From contig NC_045696.1 of the NCBI RefSeq assembly GCF_009834535.1, positions 8,124,001-8,188,000 of the forward strand: 64,000 nucleotides of DNA. Reading direction: 5' to 3'. A model generated the notes under the pieces. It searched no databases. It had not been told where the DNA came from and saw only the letters and a program-made list of their open reading frames with translations. This stretch comes from Camelus ferus. Its lineage: Eukaryota. The translations under genes were made by a program, and so were the position numbers. Shown one piece after another: positions 26,201 to 38,719 of this stretch (its first letter is position 1; every line of letters starts with the position of its first letter).

Positions 26201-27556
26201 CACCGAGCTCTACAGTAAACCACACAAAAGGGAAACGAACCCGTGGGCAAACATACCCTCCAGGATACAGTCTAAATCCTGAAACACACGATGCAGAGAA
26301 TACTGAAATAGGTAAGGATTTATAACCACATTCTGTGCAATAGATACAATAATAAAAGGAAGCACATTATTCAGATAGTAGATGACAAAATGTATGGAAA
26401 TGTTATTTTTCCTTCCTTTAAACTTATTTTAATCCACATATAAATGATATATTTAACAAATAAACCAAAAGCCTAATAACCATCTTGTTAAAAGTCAAGA
26501 GCCAGGAGAGAAAAATGAAAATCACGGGGACAGAATCTCACTACAAATCCCAAACAAGGTTCAGCCCTCTAAGTTTTACTGGTAGAACTTGGTATTTTGC
26601 AAAACGTACACCCCGGAGGGCAGAACCGGCATCAAGCGAGACTCATCGTTGCGCCTTTCCGCACACAGCAGCCTTCTCTAGGCACCCTCCCAGCCGCACG
26701 TCCCCATCCGCACTGCCAGCGCAGAGTGGGTTCAGAGCCCGGACGCGTCCTCCCTGTGTGCTCGGGTTCCACCAGCCCACGAGGGCCTCAGGCAACAGAA
26801 GGCACCAGGACCGTGTGACCAGCACGCACAGCGACAGCATCAAGGAATGTAATTCGGTCTCAAGTTGGGAGGCGAGGAACACACCTCTCCCATGAGGCAC
26901 TGTCCTTTCCATCAGATCTGAATCCGACCCTCGGTCCTTCTCCTCCGGGCACTCCCCTGCGCTCCCGTCTCTGAGACAAGCTTTCTGCACAAATCCGCAA
27001 CAGTGAAAAAACAAGGTCTAGGTGGCAGAGTCACTAATGATCACGCAGAAATGGTGACAAAGGCATGAGAGCCTGGTTCACTCTCTCCAGATCAATTTCA
27101 CCCAAACCTGCCTTTTCTCTCCAAAGCCCACCAGCTGTGAGACTGCCCAGGGTGCTCAGGACCGAGAGGCAGAATGCGTGGCCGGCATAAAGCAGGCACT
27201 GGAAGAACACAACCTCCTCAGAAATACAAGGAGGGTCCGTACTTAGGATGAAACCTGTGCAGACGGGGAGACAGAAAGTCCTCGACAGTCACTCCACAGA
27301 AGCCTGACACCAGCCAGAGCCACATGAATGCCAACGGTGAAGGTGCGGATCAGGACATTCTGCACCTTTTAAGGACACACAAACATTTCCACTGTCAAGA
27401 AAGAAGTGTGCCTGCATCAGCCCACAGAGGAAACGTGCTCCCATGAGTTAAGGATGGTCTAAGGCTACAGAATAGCTTCTGGATGTAAAGAATAGGATAT
27501 TTGACTATACAAGTCTTAATGAAGGCACCTACCACCTCACAACCCAAAGTCTAGAG

Positions 27557-27755
27557 CAGTGGCTCTCAAACTGGGGCAATTTTTCCCCCAAGGGACACTT
27601 GGCAATGTCTGGAGGCATTTCTGGCTGTCATGGGGGGAGCGGGGCTGGCATTTGGTGGGCAAAAAGGCCAGGATGCTGATAAACCTCCTACAATGCACAG
27701 GACTGCACCCCCATCCCATCACAGGAGGTGATGCCAAGGCTGAGAAACCCCGGTC
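27557..27755 (-). mobile_element. MER20 DNA transposon relic
   Basis: cagtggctctcaaactggggcaatttttcccccaagggacacttggcaatgtctggaggcattt...gctgagaaacc. Confidence 0.8.
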
Positions 27756-29029
27756 CAGAGGAGCCTGTTTCTGAGTTTGGTTAATGCAAGGGCCCAAAGA
27801 CAGCCTAAAAGGACCCAGGCTTTTTCATTGCTTAAGTGGTCCCAATGGTGAACTGACTTATCTTTAGCCTTTTCCTGTCATAACCTCCTGACAAACATCA
27901 GGTACTAAATTCTCACATGACCACAGAGAGAAGCAAAGAAAAATTTTTGGTTTCCTTTCTTGTCTCCCTGCATTAGAGGAAATCCTTTCCAGAAGCCAGC
28001 TGGCCACATCTCATGGTCAGAGAAGGTCACTTGCCCATGTCTAAATTAATCCCAAGGAAAACAGAATACTAGGATTAAGTCCTCGAACCATGACGTGGAT
28101 GGCTGGGCCTGGAAGATGGGGGCCACCACCCTGCAGCACATCACCACCTGATCCCTGGACATAACCGGGTCCTTCTGACGAGAAGGAAGAGCATGAGTGG
28201 GTGGGCAACCAGCACGCCTGCCCCGAAATGAGACGTGGGGAGCCTGACCACGAACCCAGGAGTTCCTCCTTCAAGCTTAGTGTTCCTTCCTTCATCCCAC
28301 AGCACCTGAGTTCGCAACCTTTCAACATATCTACTTCCAAGGCTTATCTCAGGTGCTGGGAGAATCTGGCTTAAGCACAATAATCACCAAAAGCACATGA
28401 ATAAAATGTAAGGCAAAACCATGTTGCTTGGAAAAAAGCAATTAATATTTTACAAATTGAGCAAGTAATGAAATGACATACATTTCTTGCCATACAAAGA
28501 TAAAAAAGTATTAAGTTTAGTAAATAAGGAGCAAACTGATCCTTGATGAGATAAGCAACATGATGGAGCTGCAGAGCTGAGACCGTGGTGAAACGCTGGA
28601 GGCACTCCCACTAAGAGCAGTGCAGGCCAGGAAGGGGCCGTGACAGGGACCGCCCACCTGACTCAAGTCCCCTTCTGTGGCGAGGATCACAGCTGGGCCA
28701 CGGCTGCAATAAGCTTTTCCCCTGAAGGGAAAGTGGAAGTAACAAGTACCATTAAGGTCTATGCACGCTCCCACGTGCTCGTCCCCTTTCCTGTGGAAGA
28801 GACTCTGGAAGCCATGAGTTAAAGATGGCAGGCTCCCTGGCTTGAGTCTCTGAAATGACCAATACAAGAGAGATGCCCACTCTGGACCACCACGCTGAAC
28901 TGATACATGAGCAAGAAACTTCAATCTTACGGTGACATTGAATTTTTGGACTTGTTTGTTACAGCAGCTAACGTTACTGTAATTCATACACTGATAGTAT
29001 CATCATTAGTTAATCATGTTCTAGAAAAT

Positions 29030-29700
29030 GCTAGCCAAATATCAGGGAAAAAGCACAAGCTCAGTACTGACTGATGATATATATGCCTGTCTACCTAAAT
29101 AACTCAAAACAATTAGCTGAAAAAACTTAGAAATAAGTTCATTAAAATGGTCAGTTTCCAAATTCTGTAAATTGATAGTTTCCTACATGCCAACAACCAG
29201 TTAAAACTGGTTGGAATGTGGTGGAAAATAATCCCACTGATAATAGCAAAAATACATGTATAAAATGATATATTTAAGAAACAGGAAGGACTTATATAAG
29301 AGCAATTCAATGCTTAGGAACCAAAGTGAACGCCTTTCAATCCATGGGGAGACCATCACATTTCTATGAGGAAGGAGGGCCCAAGTGTGTGAAGATGTCA
29401 TTTCTTCCCAAAATATTCAATAATTGTTACTTAATGCCAACCAACTCCCATAAATTTTTTTCTAACTTTGCAAATGATTTTGAAGTTCATCTGGAAGAAA
29501 ACCACCTGGGAATAGTAGGAAAATTCTGAAACAGAGAAGTGGTTAGTGAGGGTGGAGAACGTGGTATTGCCAGATATGGACGTCACATAGCACAGCAGCT
29601 GAGAGGCATGGCTCTGGCAGCAAGGCAGACAGGTGAATGGAGCAAAATAACATCCACAGGCAGACTCACGTGTCCAAAGGTTTAAGTCTACGTTCACTGA
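29030..29700 (+). mobile_element. Ancient L1 ORF2 fragment
   Basis: Degenerate RT-region motifs (gatgatatatatgcctgtctacc..., ttcctacatgccaacaaccag, gatgtcatttcttcccaaa). Confidence 0.55.
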
Positions 29701-30249
29701 TACAGCAACTCCACCTCTGGTAATACGGTATTACACCTTAAAAAACAGCCACGGGTGGAAAGACATTCACTACAACTGCCTTTAGGATTATGGAAAACTG
29801 GAAGTAAACCATTCTAACAATAAAGGGCTTCTAGATCTTGTTCACCCCTATACAGAACCCCTACTCCCTTTTTCTCACACACACACGAGACAGAGCTACA
29901 TGTGAGCTGTTCAATCTGCCTTTTTTTGCCCCCTTATTTTATCATGAGCATTTTCACGTCAGTAACTACAAGTCTACTTTATTTGGATGCCATATATGTC
30001 ACCACACTGTTGTATCATGTTGTATCCTACAGCCAGTCTCACCAAGGGTGGCTGTGTCCAGTTTTTTTTCTATTACATACAGTGAAGTAGATTCTTAGAG
30101 TTCTCTTCGTGTTGTATTTCCATAGGATTAAAACAAATTTACAATGATCATGAACTAACTCTCTGATCATTAGTCATTTGGGAAATGCAAAAGCCACAGG
30201 GAGATACCACTACAGCACCACTAAAATGGCAAAAGTAAAAAGACTGCTA

Positions 30250-31950
30250 TCCTGTGCCTTCAGACTGGAAGAACTAATATTGTTAAAATGGCCATACTAC
30301 TCAAAGCAACCTACAGATTTCATGCAGTCCCTATCAAAATACCCAAGGCACTTTCCACAGAATTAAAACAAATTATCCTAAAATTCATATGGAACCACAA
30401 AAGGCCCTGAATTGTCAAAGCAATACTGAGAAAAAAAGAACAAAGCTGAAGGTATCACCCTCCCAGACTTCAGATTATACTGCAAAGCTACAGTAATCAA
30501 AACAGCATGGTATTGGCACAAAAACAGACATATGGATCAATGGAACAGAACAGAGGGCCCAGAAATAAACTCACACACTTACAGTCAATTAATCTATGAC
30601 AAAAAAGGCAAGAATAAATACTAGAGAAAAGATAGCCTCTTCAGCCTCTGGTGCTGGGAAAATTAGACAGTTGCAGGTAAAACAATGAGATTAAAATATT
30701 TCCTCACACCATATATAAAAATAAACTCAAAATGGAGTGAAGATTAAAACAGATTAAATGTAAGACCTGAAACTGTCAAACTCCTAGAAGAAAACACATG
30801 CAGAACACCCTTCGGCATAAACTGTAGCAATATTTTTCTGGGTCAGTCTCCAAAGAAAAGAAAAGCAAAAATAAACAAATGGAACATAATTAAACATAAA
30901 AGCTTTTGTGCAGCAAAGGAAACCATGAACAAAACAAAAAGACAACCTATGGACTAGGAGAATATATTTGCAAATGATATGACCAACAAGCAGTTAATAT
31001 CCAAAATAAACAAAGACCTCAGACAACTCAATATTAAAAAAATAAAATAAAATAAATGGGCAGAAGGCCTCAACAGACATTCTTCCAAAGAAGACATACA
31101 GATGGCTAACAGCCATATGAAAAGATGTTCAACATCACTAATTATTAGAGAAATGCAAATCATAACACTGAGGTTATCAACTCACGACTATCAGAATGGT
31201 CAACATCAAAAAGTCTACAAATAAAAAATGTTGGAGAGGATGTGGAGAAAAGGGAACCCTTGTACACTGTTGGTAGGAATGTAAATTGGTACAGCCACTA
31301 TGGAAATTAGCATGGAGGTCCCTCAAAAAACTAAAAATAGAACTACCATATGATCCATTAATTTTACTCCTGGGTATATATCCAGAAAAAATGAAAACAC
31401 TAATTCAAAAAGACACACACTCTCCAATGTTCATAGCAGCACTGAGTTACAAAAGCAACCCAAATGCCCATCGAGAGACAAATGGATAAAGAAGATGTGG
31501 TGTGTGTGTACATATACGTTACTCAGCCATAAAAAAGAACGAAATTGTCATTTGCAGCAACGTGGATGGACCTAGAGATTATGCTTAATGAAATATGTCA
31601 GAGAAAGGCAAATACTGTATAATATCACTGATATGTGGAATCTAAAAAATAATACAAATGAATGTATATGCAAAACAGGAACAGACTCACAGATACAGAA
31701 AATGAACTAGTGGTTACCAAAGGGACGAGGGAAGGGGAGAGGGTCAAATGAGGGGAATGGGAATAAGAGATACAAACTACTACATATGAAGTTGAGCAGC
31801 AACAAGGACATACTGTATAGAACAGGGAATTATAGCTACTATCTTGTAATAGCTCTCAATGGAGTATAATCTGTAAAAAGACTGAATCATTATGCTGTAT
31901 CCCTAAAACTAACATAATACTGTAAATCAATTATACGTCAACTAAAAAAA
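30250..31950 (+). mobile_element. 5'-truncated L1 (ORF2 3' part and 3'UTR), nested inside an older L1
   Basis: Frameshifted ORF2 peptides ([22 protein letters not shown]), 3'UTR and A tail at about 31945. Confidence 0.88.
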
Positions 31951-32550
31951 TAAAGACCACCCATACCAAGCATTGGTAAGAATACAGAAGAACTGAGGTT
32001 CTCAAAACTGCTGGCGGGGTGTAAAATGATACAACCACTTTGGAAAACAATTTGGCAGTTTTTTTAAAAAGTTAAATATGTACCTACTGGAAGCAACCCA
32101 ATGTGCATTAACAGGCAAATGGACAAATAAATGGTATATATCCATGAAATCCTACTCAGCAGTAAGAAGGAATAACTATCAATATACACAACTTGGATGA
32201 CTCTCAAAACAGTTCTGCTGAGTGAAATAAGCCAGACTAGGAGGGGGAAAAAAAAAGAGTATGTTCTGTATGAGTCTGCTTATACAAAATTTTTGAAAAT
32301 GCAAACTAGTAATAGTGACAGAAAGCAGACCAGTAGTTGCCTGGGGATGGGAGCAGGGAGGGGAGGGAGGGAGGAGGACCACAAAAGCCCCGCGGAAACC
32401 TCTGGGGTGGGGGGGGGGGCGGATACCTGCTCATTGTCTTATGCAGTGATGGTTTATGGGGCTATACCGATGTCAAAACTCATCAAAATTACACACTTTA
32501 AACACATGCAGTTTATTGTACAACAAAGCTGTGAAAAATTTTTTTGAAAA
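31951..32550 (+). mobile_element. Older L1 (L1MC/MD-like) 3' part; its 5' portion lies at about 30170-30246
   Basis: accaagcattggtaagaat...gtaaaatgatacaaccactttggaaaac continues ggaaatgcaaa...gagataccactac...aaaatggcaaaagtaaaaagac. Confidence 0.7.
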
Positions 32551-32689
32551 CACAGAAAAAGAAGAGACCATTTGAAAAAGATAAATGAGAATGCCTGTAA
32601 TTGACTCAAACATAAGCTTGAATATTGATGTTCATGTTCAGTCATCCTTTTTGAAAAATAGCCCAGTTTAACTTATTTCCTTTTGTTAT

Positions 32690-33034
32690 CAATTTGCTGA
32701 AACGAACTATCACAGGCTGGGCGGCTTGAACAACAGATGTTTATTTCTGCCAGTTCTGGAGGCTGGAAGTCCAAGATCAAGGTGCCGCTGACTCAGTTCT
32801 CCTCCCGGTTTGCAGCTGGTGCCTGCCTGTTGTGTCCTCCCGCAGAGGGGAGAGAACTCTTCCTTGTTCTAAGGCCACAGTCCTATTGGATTAGGGCCCC
32901 ACCTTCACGACCTTGTTTAACTTTACTTATCTCCTGAAAACCCTACCTCCAGACACAGTCACGCTGGGGGTTGGAGCTTCAACATGTGAATTTGGGGTAG
33001 GGGAGGCCCGGAGGGGTACAGTTCAGTCCATAAC
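32690..33034 (-). mobile_element. MLT1 (ERVL-MaLR) LTR
   Basis: cagttctggaggctggaagtccaagatcaaggtg...gcttcaacatgtgaatttgggg...ttcagtccataaca. Confidence 0.8.
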
Positions 33035-34204
33035 ACCTTCTTTCCACAGCCTGACATGAAGTTTCTGGTTTCTTAACTTTCTTGATAGTACTTACAAAAC
33101 ATAAGTGAACCCCTTTTTTCTTATCCATAAACTCAATTCTGCTAGATGAGCTTTTTTTTTTTAAATCAGATGAGCTATAGTCATTAGATTACTGGAGGAA
33201 TAATTCACCTGTCCAAATCTGGACTATTTCCATCCCTCCAGCAGATCTGAAAGGAAGAACAGCAAAAATATCCTTGGCTCAGATGCAAAATAAATAGACT
33301 GTCCTAACTATCAATCATCAGGTGTATATCAGACTCTTTTCAACAGAGAGAAATGCTCTTTCTGAAAGGACCACGTTGCCCTTGTGGTGTCTGAGTGGCT
33401 CACAGCAAGGCTGTTCTCTCAACCTGAACAGCAATGCCCTTGCCAATTCTCAGCTCCTTCAGGGTAACGCAGGGTAGGGAAAGAAGCAACAATGTCACAT
33501 GAGCCCCAGGGCATCCCCCACCAAAAGGACGGCAGAACAGTGGATTCGGCAGCCCTCACCACGCACGAGGATGAGAGTTCTGCCTGACATTCTATTAGCG
33601 GCATCTCCTAAGTCCTGGTGCCAAGAAGAATCACAACACTGCCAGGAACAAATGGGTCCTGTGCTCAGCACTCCCCTGTAGAGGTGCAGGATCTACTTTA
33701 TTTACAAGGGAAAAGAGTCAATAATTGCCAACACGCCCTTCCAATTTGGTCTCTTCTCAGAAGACATTCAGGCCCATGTCTTTCCAATATGAAAACTTAT
33801 CTGAAAACTTGTAGCTTCAAGGTCCCCACCCTGGACAGTAGATTGCTAGAAAATGACTAATTGCCCCAAACTGAGACACCATTTCTTTACCACATAGGAC
33901 CCCAAAAGTGAGGTGACAAGGTGGAACCACGCATCATGCAGGCTGGGAGGGGCCCACAGCCCTATCCAGGTCACCCACTAGGCAGTCGGGTCCAGCGGGG
34001 ATCGGGGTGGCAATTTAAACTGTGTCTCAGTGGAAGGAGGAGGAGGTTGGGGAGGAGGACTGCAAGGGAGATACATGGGGAAGCCCAACCCCTTCCTTCA
34101 GGGATGAACTCCCCTAAAATAACACCCCACAAACGGCCCCCACAAAGAAGCTGGTGCAGAGCTGGTGAGGTGCAATCAGGTGGGGCACAAATCATCAGGG
34201 CTCT

Positions 34205-34515
34205 GGTCTAAATGTGTTCCCCGGTGTGACAGGGTTCGGAGGTGGGGCCTTTGGAGGGTGATCAGGTCATCAGGGTGGAGCCCTTGCGAACAGGATTAGT
34301 GCCCTTGTGAAAGGGACCCCACAGGGCTCCCGGCCCCCTCCACCACGTGAGGACACAACAGAAGATGGCCAGCTGTGAACCAGGAGGAGGCCCGTCACCA
34401 GACACCGAATCTGCTGGCCTTGACTTCCCGGCTCTGGACCGAGAGATAAATGTCTGTCGCTGACGAGCCGCCAGCCTGTGGAGTTTTGTTACAGCAGCTG
34501 GCGTGGACTGAGATG
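34205..34515 (+). mobile_element. MLT1A-like MaLR LTR
   Basis: ggtggggcctttggagggtgatcaggtcat...gattagtgcccttg...gaagatggcc...gagataaatgtctg...tttgttacagcagc. Confidence 0.8.
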
Positions 34516-34745
34516 GCCGGGAAGGCCGCCCTGAGTGACTCGGAGGCCCGGGCACGTATTCTATCACCACACGCTCGGGAACCGGAGTTCCTCCCGGCGC
34601 TCCTGAGCAGTAAAACAAGACTAAACAAGCAAAACGCTGCTCTACCCAAGGCCGGCAATGAAGAGCCGTCTGGGCTTCCATCACAAAAAAGCTTTTTTAA
34701 AAGTCGATATGAGGAGGGAGAGTGTGCACTTCGTTATCAGACCCT

Positions 34746-35087
34746 GCTATGGGCTGGACTGTGTCCCCAGAGTTCAGACCTCAGAACGGGGCTGTATCTG
34801 GAGACAGGGCCCCCGAAGAGGTAACTAAGGTGACAGGAGGTCACACAGGTGCTGTCCAACATGACTGGTGTCCTCAGGAGGAGCAGATCAGGACAGACCC
34901 ACGCACAGAAGAGGACACAGTGAGAAGCAGCCGCCGGCAAACCGAGCAGAGAGGCCCCTGAAGAAGCCAAACCTGCTGACACCTTGATCGTGGACCTCCA
35001 GCCTCCAGACCTGTGAGAAAATCAGTTTCTGTTCTTTCAGCCACCCAGGCCGTGGTATTTTGTGATGGCAGCCGAGCAAACTAACAC
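34746..35087 (+). mobile_element. MLT1B-like MaLR LTR
   Basis: tgctatgggctggactgtgtcccc...ctgctgacaccttgatcgtggacctccagcctccagacctgtgagaaaat...gcaaactaaca. Confidence 0.8.
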
Positions 35088-36747
35088 GGACCTCAAACCA
35101 AAGCGGCTTTATCTGAACTGATACTATTTCACGGAGAAAAGCAGCTGATCAGGGTGAGGGTGGGCATCAGGCTGCAGCTCAGACTCATCGAGCTTTTGGG
35201 CAGAAGAGGTCTTGGAGCTGATGTGTAAAGGGCCAGAGCAGCTCCCCTGGTCTCCAAGCTCTGGCCACGTCCCCATAATGTCACAAGTTGCTCTGCTTTA
35301 AAAAGGAGGTGCTCGTCACTAAGCGATAGGACTAGGAGCTGAAACACCTAATATGACCCAAGACTTCCAGCTCCTCCTACTACTCACGCCATCTGCTTTT
35401 TGTGAAACAGTAGGATATTGAATAAAAACAGCAAAAAAGTGGTTCATTTAGAACCATTACGACTTTTGTTTTAAAAAAGAAGCTTTAGTGTTGAGGTTTT
35501 TTTTCCTAATGTACAGAGTTTATTTCTACTTATTTCCTTCATTTCCTTAATCAAAGTTGTAATCCAGCCTTGGTACAATGGTTGGGTTCACAAGGGCTCA
35601 AAATGCACTTGCTGATCTAACACTTCTCTAAAAATATTCAGTGAAAGGTGATGGCTTGTGGCCTCAGATAAACAATGAAGCAGAAATTATCCTATTCGTG
35701 TCAATATACATAAAAACTAAAAAAAGATAAACTTTTTTCTAATACGGAAAAATTCTAAAAATGATACTGAAAGTGTAGCAAGTTTTTAAAATGATCCAAT
35801 TAGAATCTGCCTATAGTCTGACAGCCTGAGGCTTCTCGGGGCTCAGTTTTCTCTTATCAAGAGTTGAGCCAGAAGCAACTTCTGCTGTGAGGCTATGGTT
35901 TACATTTTAGAATCTGAAATCAACTACCTTAATTAGAACGCACCGCGACCCAACTTTGCCTACCACAATATTGTTTCTACTTGCATTATAGAGTATTTAC
36001 TAACTCATCACTAATTCACTCACTGAATTTCTATGTCCATGCATGAGTCCAAGACATCTGACTATCACTAAAGCCTTAAAACACTTTATTCACATCAACT
36101 ACCAGGTACACTTGATGCAGAAGTTGCGAGTCTCCTAGAAGTGCGTCACTGCTAAGCAGATTGAGGCTTGTTCCCTCCAGCACCCTCCCAAACCCTCCGT
36201 GTCCAGAAACTCTGATCCGGGTACGGAGGCTGCCCACCTCCACCCGACAGGCTCCCATGATCAGGCTCACTCCTCACATCAGCCAGAGAAACTCCCCCAG
36301 TGAGAAAGGCAGCTATGGGTCACCTTGCTCAAAGCCTTCCCGGAAGCTCAGTGGCTTCCCTCCATCGCAGGAGATCCGTGCTGCTGGGCTCTGGCTACCT
36401 CTCCTCCCTCACCTCCCATCACCTCCCCTCTCCAGCCACGCCCACCCCCTGCTGTACCTTGAACAAAAGCCTGCGCCCCAGATGGCCTCCCAGCCAGCTA
36501 GCTCACTGCCTCCAGGCCTCTGCTCAAATCTCAAATGTCACATTATCAGAGAGCCAGCTCTGTCTGAGCCAGCACCCCATCCTCCTTCCTTGCTACCAAC
36601 TTTCCTGGTTTATTTTTCTTCGTAGCATTCAGCACCTGACATCACGTATTTATTCGTTGTCTGCCATCAGCAAAGCCTTACATTCCATGAGAGCAGGAAC
36701 CGTGTGTCGAAGGCTGGGCCCTGGCACCTAAGTGTTCAGAATACCCT

Positions 36748-37149
36748 GGTATCAGTTTGCTAGGGCTGCCATAACAAAGCCCCGCCCACGGGGAGGCTTA
36801 CAACACCAGAAACGGAGGCGGGGAGTCGGCAGGGCGGCTGCCTCCTGAGGCTTAGGAAGACTCTGCTCCAGGCTGCGCTTCTGGCAGTTTGCTGGCCATC
36901 TTGGGGTTCCTTGGCTTTTAACTGCATTACCCCAATCTCTGCCTTCATCCTCACATGGCATCTTCCCTCTCCGCATGACTATGTCAGTGTCCAAATTTCC
37001 CCTTTTTATAAGGACACAGTCATGCTGGATAATGACCTCTTTTTAACTTGACCGGCTCTGTAAACACTGGATCTTCAAGTAAGTCACACTCTGAGATACT
37101 GCGGGTCAGGACCAGTCTTTTTTTGGAGGACACACTTCAACCCTTAACA
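36748..37149 (-). mobile_element. MLT1C-like MaLR LTR (adjacent to L2 relic at about 36300-36745)
   Basis: gtatcagtttgctagggctgccataacaaag...tctctgccttcatcctcacatggc...tttccctttttataaggacac...ttcaacccttaaca. Confidence 0.8.
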
Positions 37150-38719
37150 ACCACTCAGCAGCCATATGAGATCGGGCAGTTAGCTAACCTCACCAGTAAA
37201 ATGGAGCTAATAATCAGCTCTACCTTGTTTGGTAATGAAGAAAGCAGAGAGATGTCTCTCCTGTCCGCTTATGTGAGCCGTACAGACACTGACATGAAAA
37301 CAGTCGGGGGGCCCCGCTCCAGCATGAAGCTTGGAGGTCGGCAGACAGGACCTGGGTCCTCCCTCTGCTGCTTGCTGTCTGTGATCCTGCACAAGTTGCT
37401 GCGTCTGAGTCCAATCTCCAGCCACGCTGTAAGTACATATAACTATGCACACTGAGTCCTCAGCACACAGTAGGCTCTCTATGATGTCCGCTGTCATTAG
37501 CAAGGCTGAGGGTGGGACAGACGTGTCACCCTTATCCCGTGGATCTCCTGCAAGTTCATCAAGGGGGCTGCTCTCCCTCATTACCTAATTGTGGCCGCAG
37601 AGAACAGGAAGCTGGAGCAAAGAGGACGCAGGAGTGGGGTTACATGCAACTGGGTAACGACCGTAACAAAAGTTGTCTTTTTAAACTCTTACCCCATACG
37701 ACTCACATCTCACCAGCCACGGGACATCCACCAGACGCGCAAACTAATCCGTCCCAAAGGGAACCCCTGGCCTCCCTTCCCAGCCCACGGGGCCGGCTTC
37801 TCCTGTCTCCCTATCGCACCCTTTCAGCTTCTCAAGCTAAAGACCTGGGAGGAAACCTGCAAGTCGTACCCAATTCCCCTTTCCCTTATATCCCACATCT
37901 GATCCACAGGCAAAGCCCATTTGCTACACCTCTGAAGTCTATTCCGAAAACAGACGCTTCCCCGCTGGCTCACCTGTGTTACAGCAACAGCTCCTAAGTG
38001 GTCTCCCTGTTTCTGCCTGACCCCACCTCACTAGAGCAGCTGGAAATGGTTTTAGCACCTAAAAGGGAGGCCGGGCCACATCACTCTGCCAGGCAGCTTC
38101 CCCCCTTAGGGGCCACTGTCAGACTCCGGTTTTAAAGGACCTACAAGATCAGATGCCCCCCAACCCTCCCCTCTGTGGCCTTGTTTCCTGCGATCTCCCC
38201 ATTCCTTGCCTGCTTCATGACAACCTCCCTGGCCACCAGAGCCTGAGTGTGTCTCAAACTGGCATTGACTCAGCAAGGCTTCCTGATGACCCCACTGAAT
38301 CACAGCGTTCCCCTGATACTCACCGTCCCATCCCCTCTCCACTCCTGGCACAGCACTCATCACCACCTAACAGCATGTATATTGTGTTTATCACACAGCT
38401 TCCCCCACCCCCGCTACAGTGAGGGCAGGGTCTTGTCAGTTCTGTTCTCTGCTGTGCCCTGGCACTTACCTACTGGCATGTTTCAGGCACTCAGAAGGCT
38501 ACTGAATAAATGAATGAATGAACGAATGGCCAGTGCTTTCAAAGCTCCTTAAAGAAAGACTCAACCGTATCTGATCACCTGCATTCTAAAAGGCGGGTTA
38601 AAATGATTAAAAACTTTTGAAAGTTTTCAGGGCTACTGAAACAAAGTTTGTTTCATAGAATACCTCATTGCTCAAGAACTGCACTTTCCAAATTTATAAT
38701 TTTACCTACCTCAGAATGT

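Noticed and set aside
14788..27755. Oppositely oriented MER20 pair as a possible dsRNA stem around exons 3-4
   Set aside because: Ancient, diverged copies 13 kb apart; stable pairing is unlikely.
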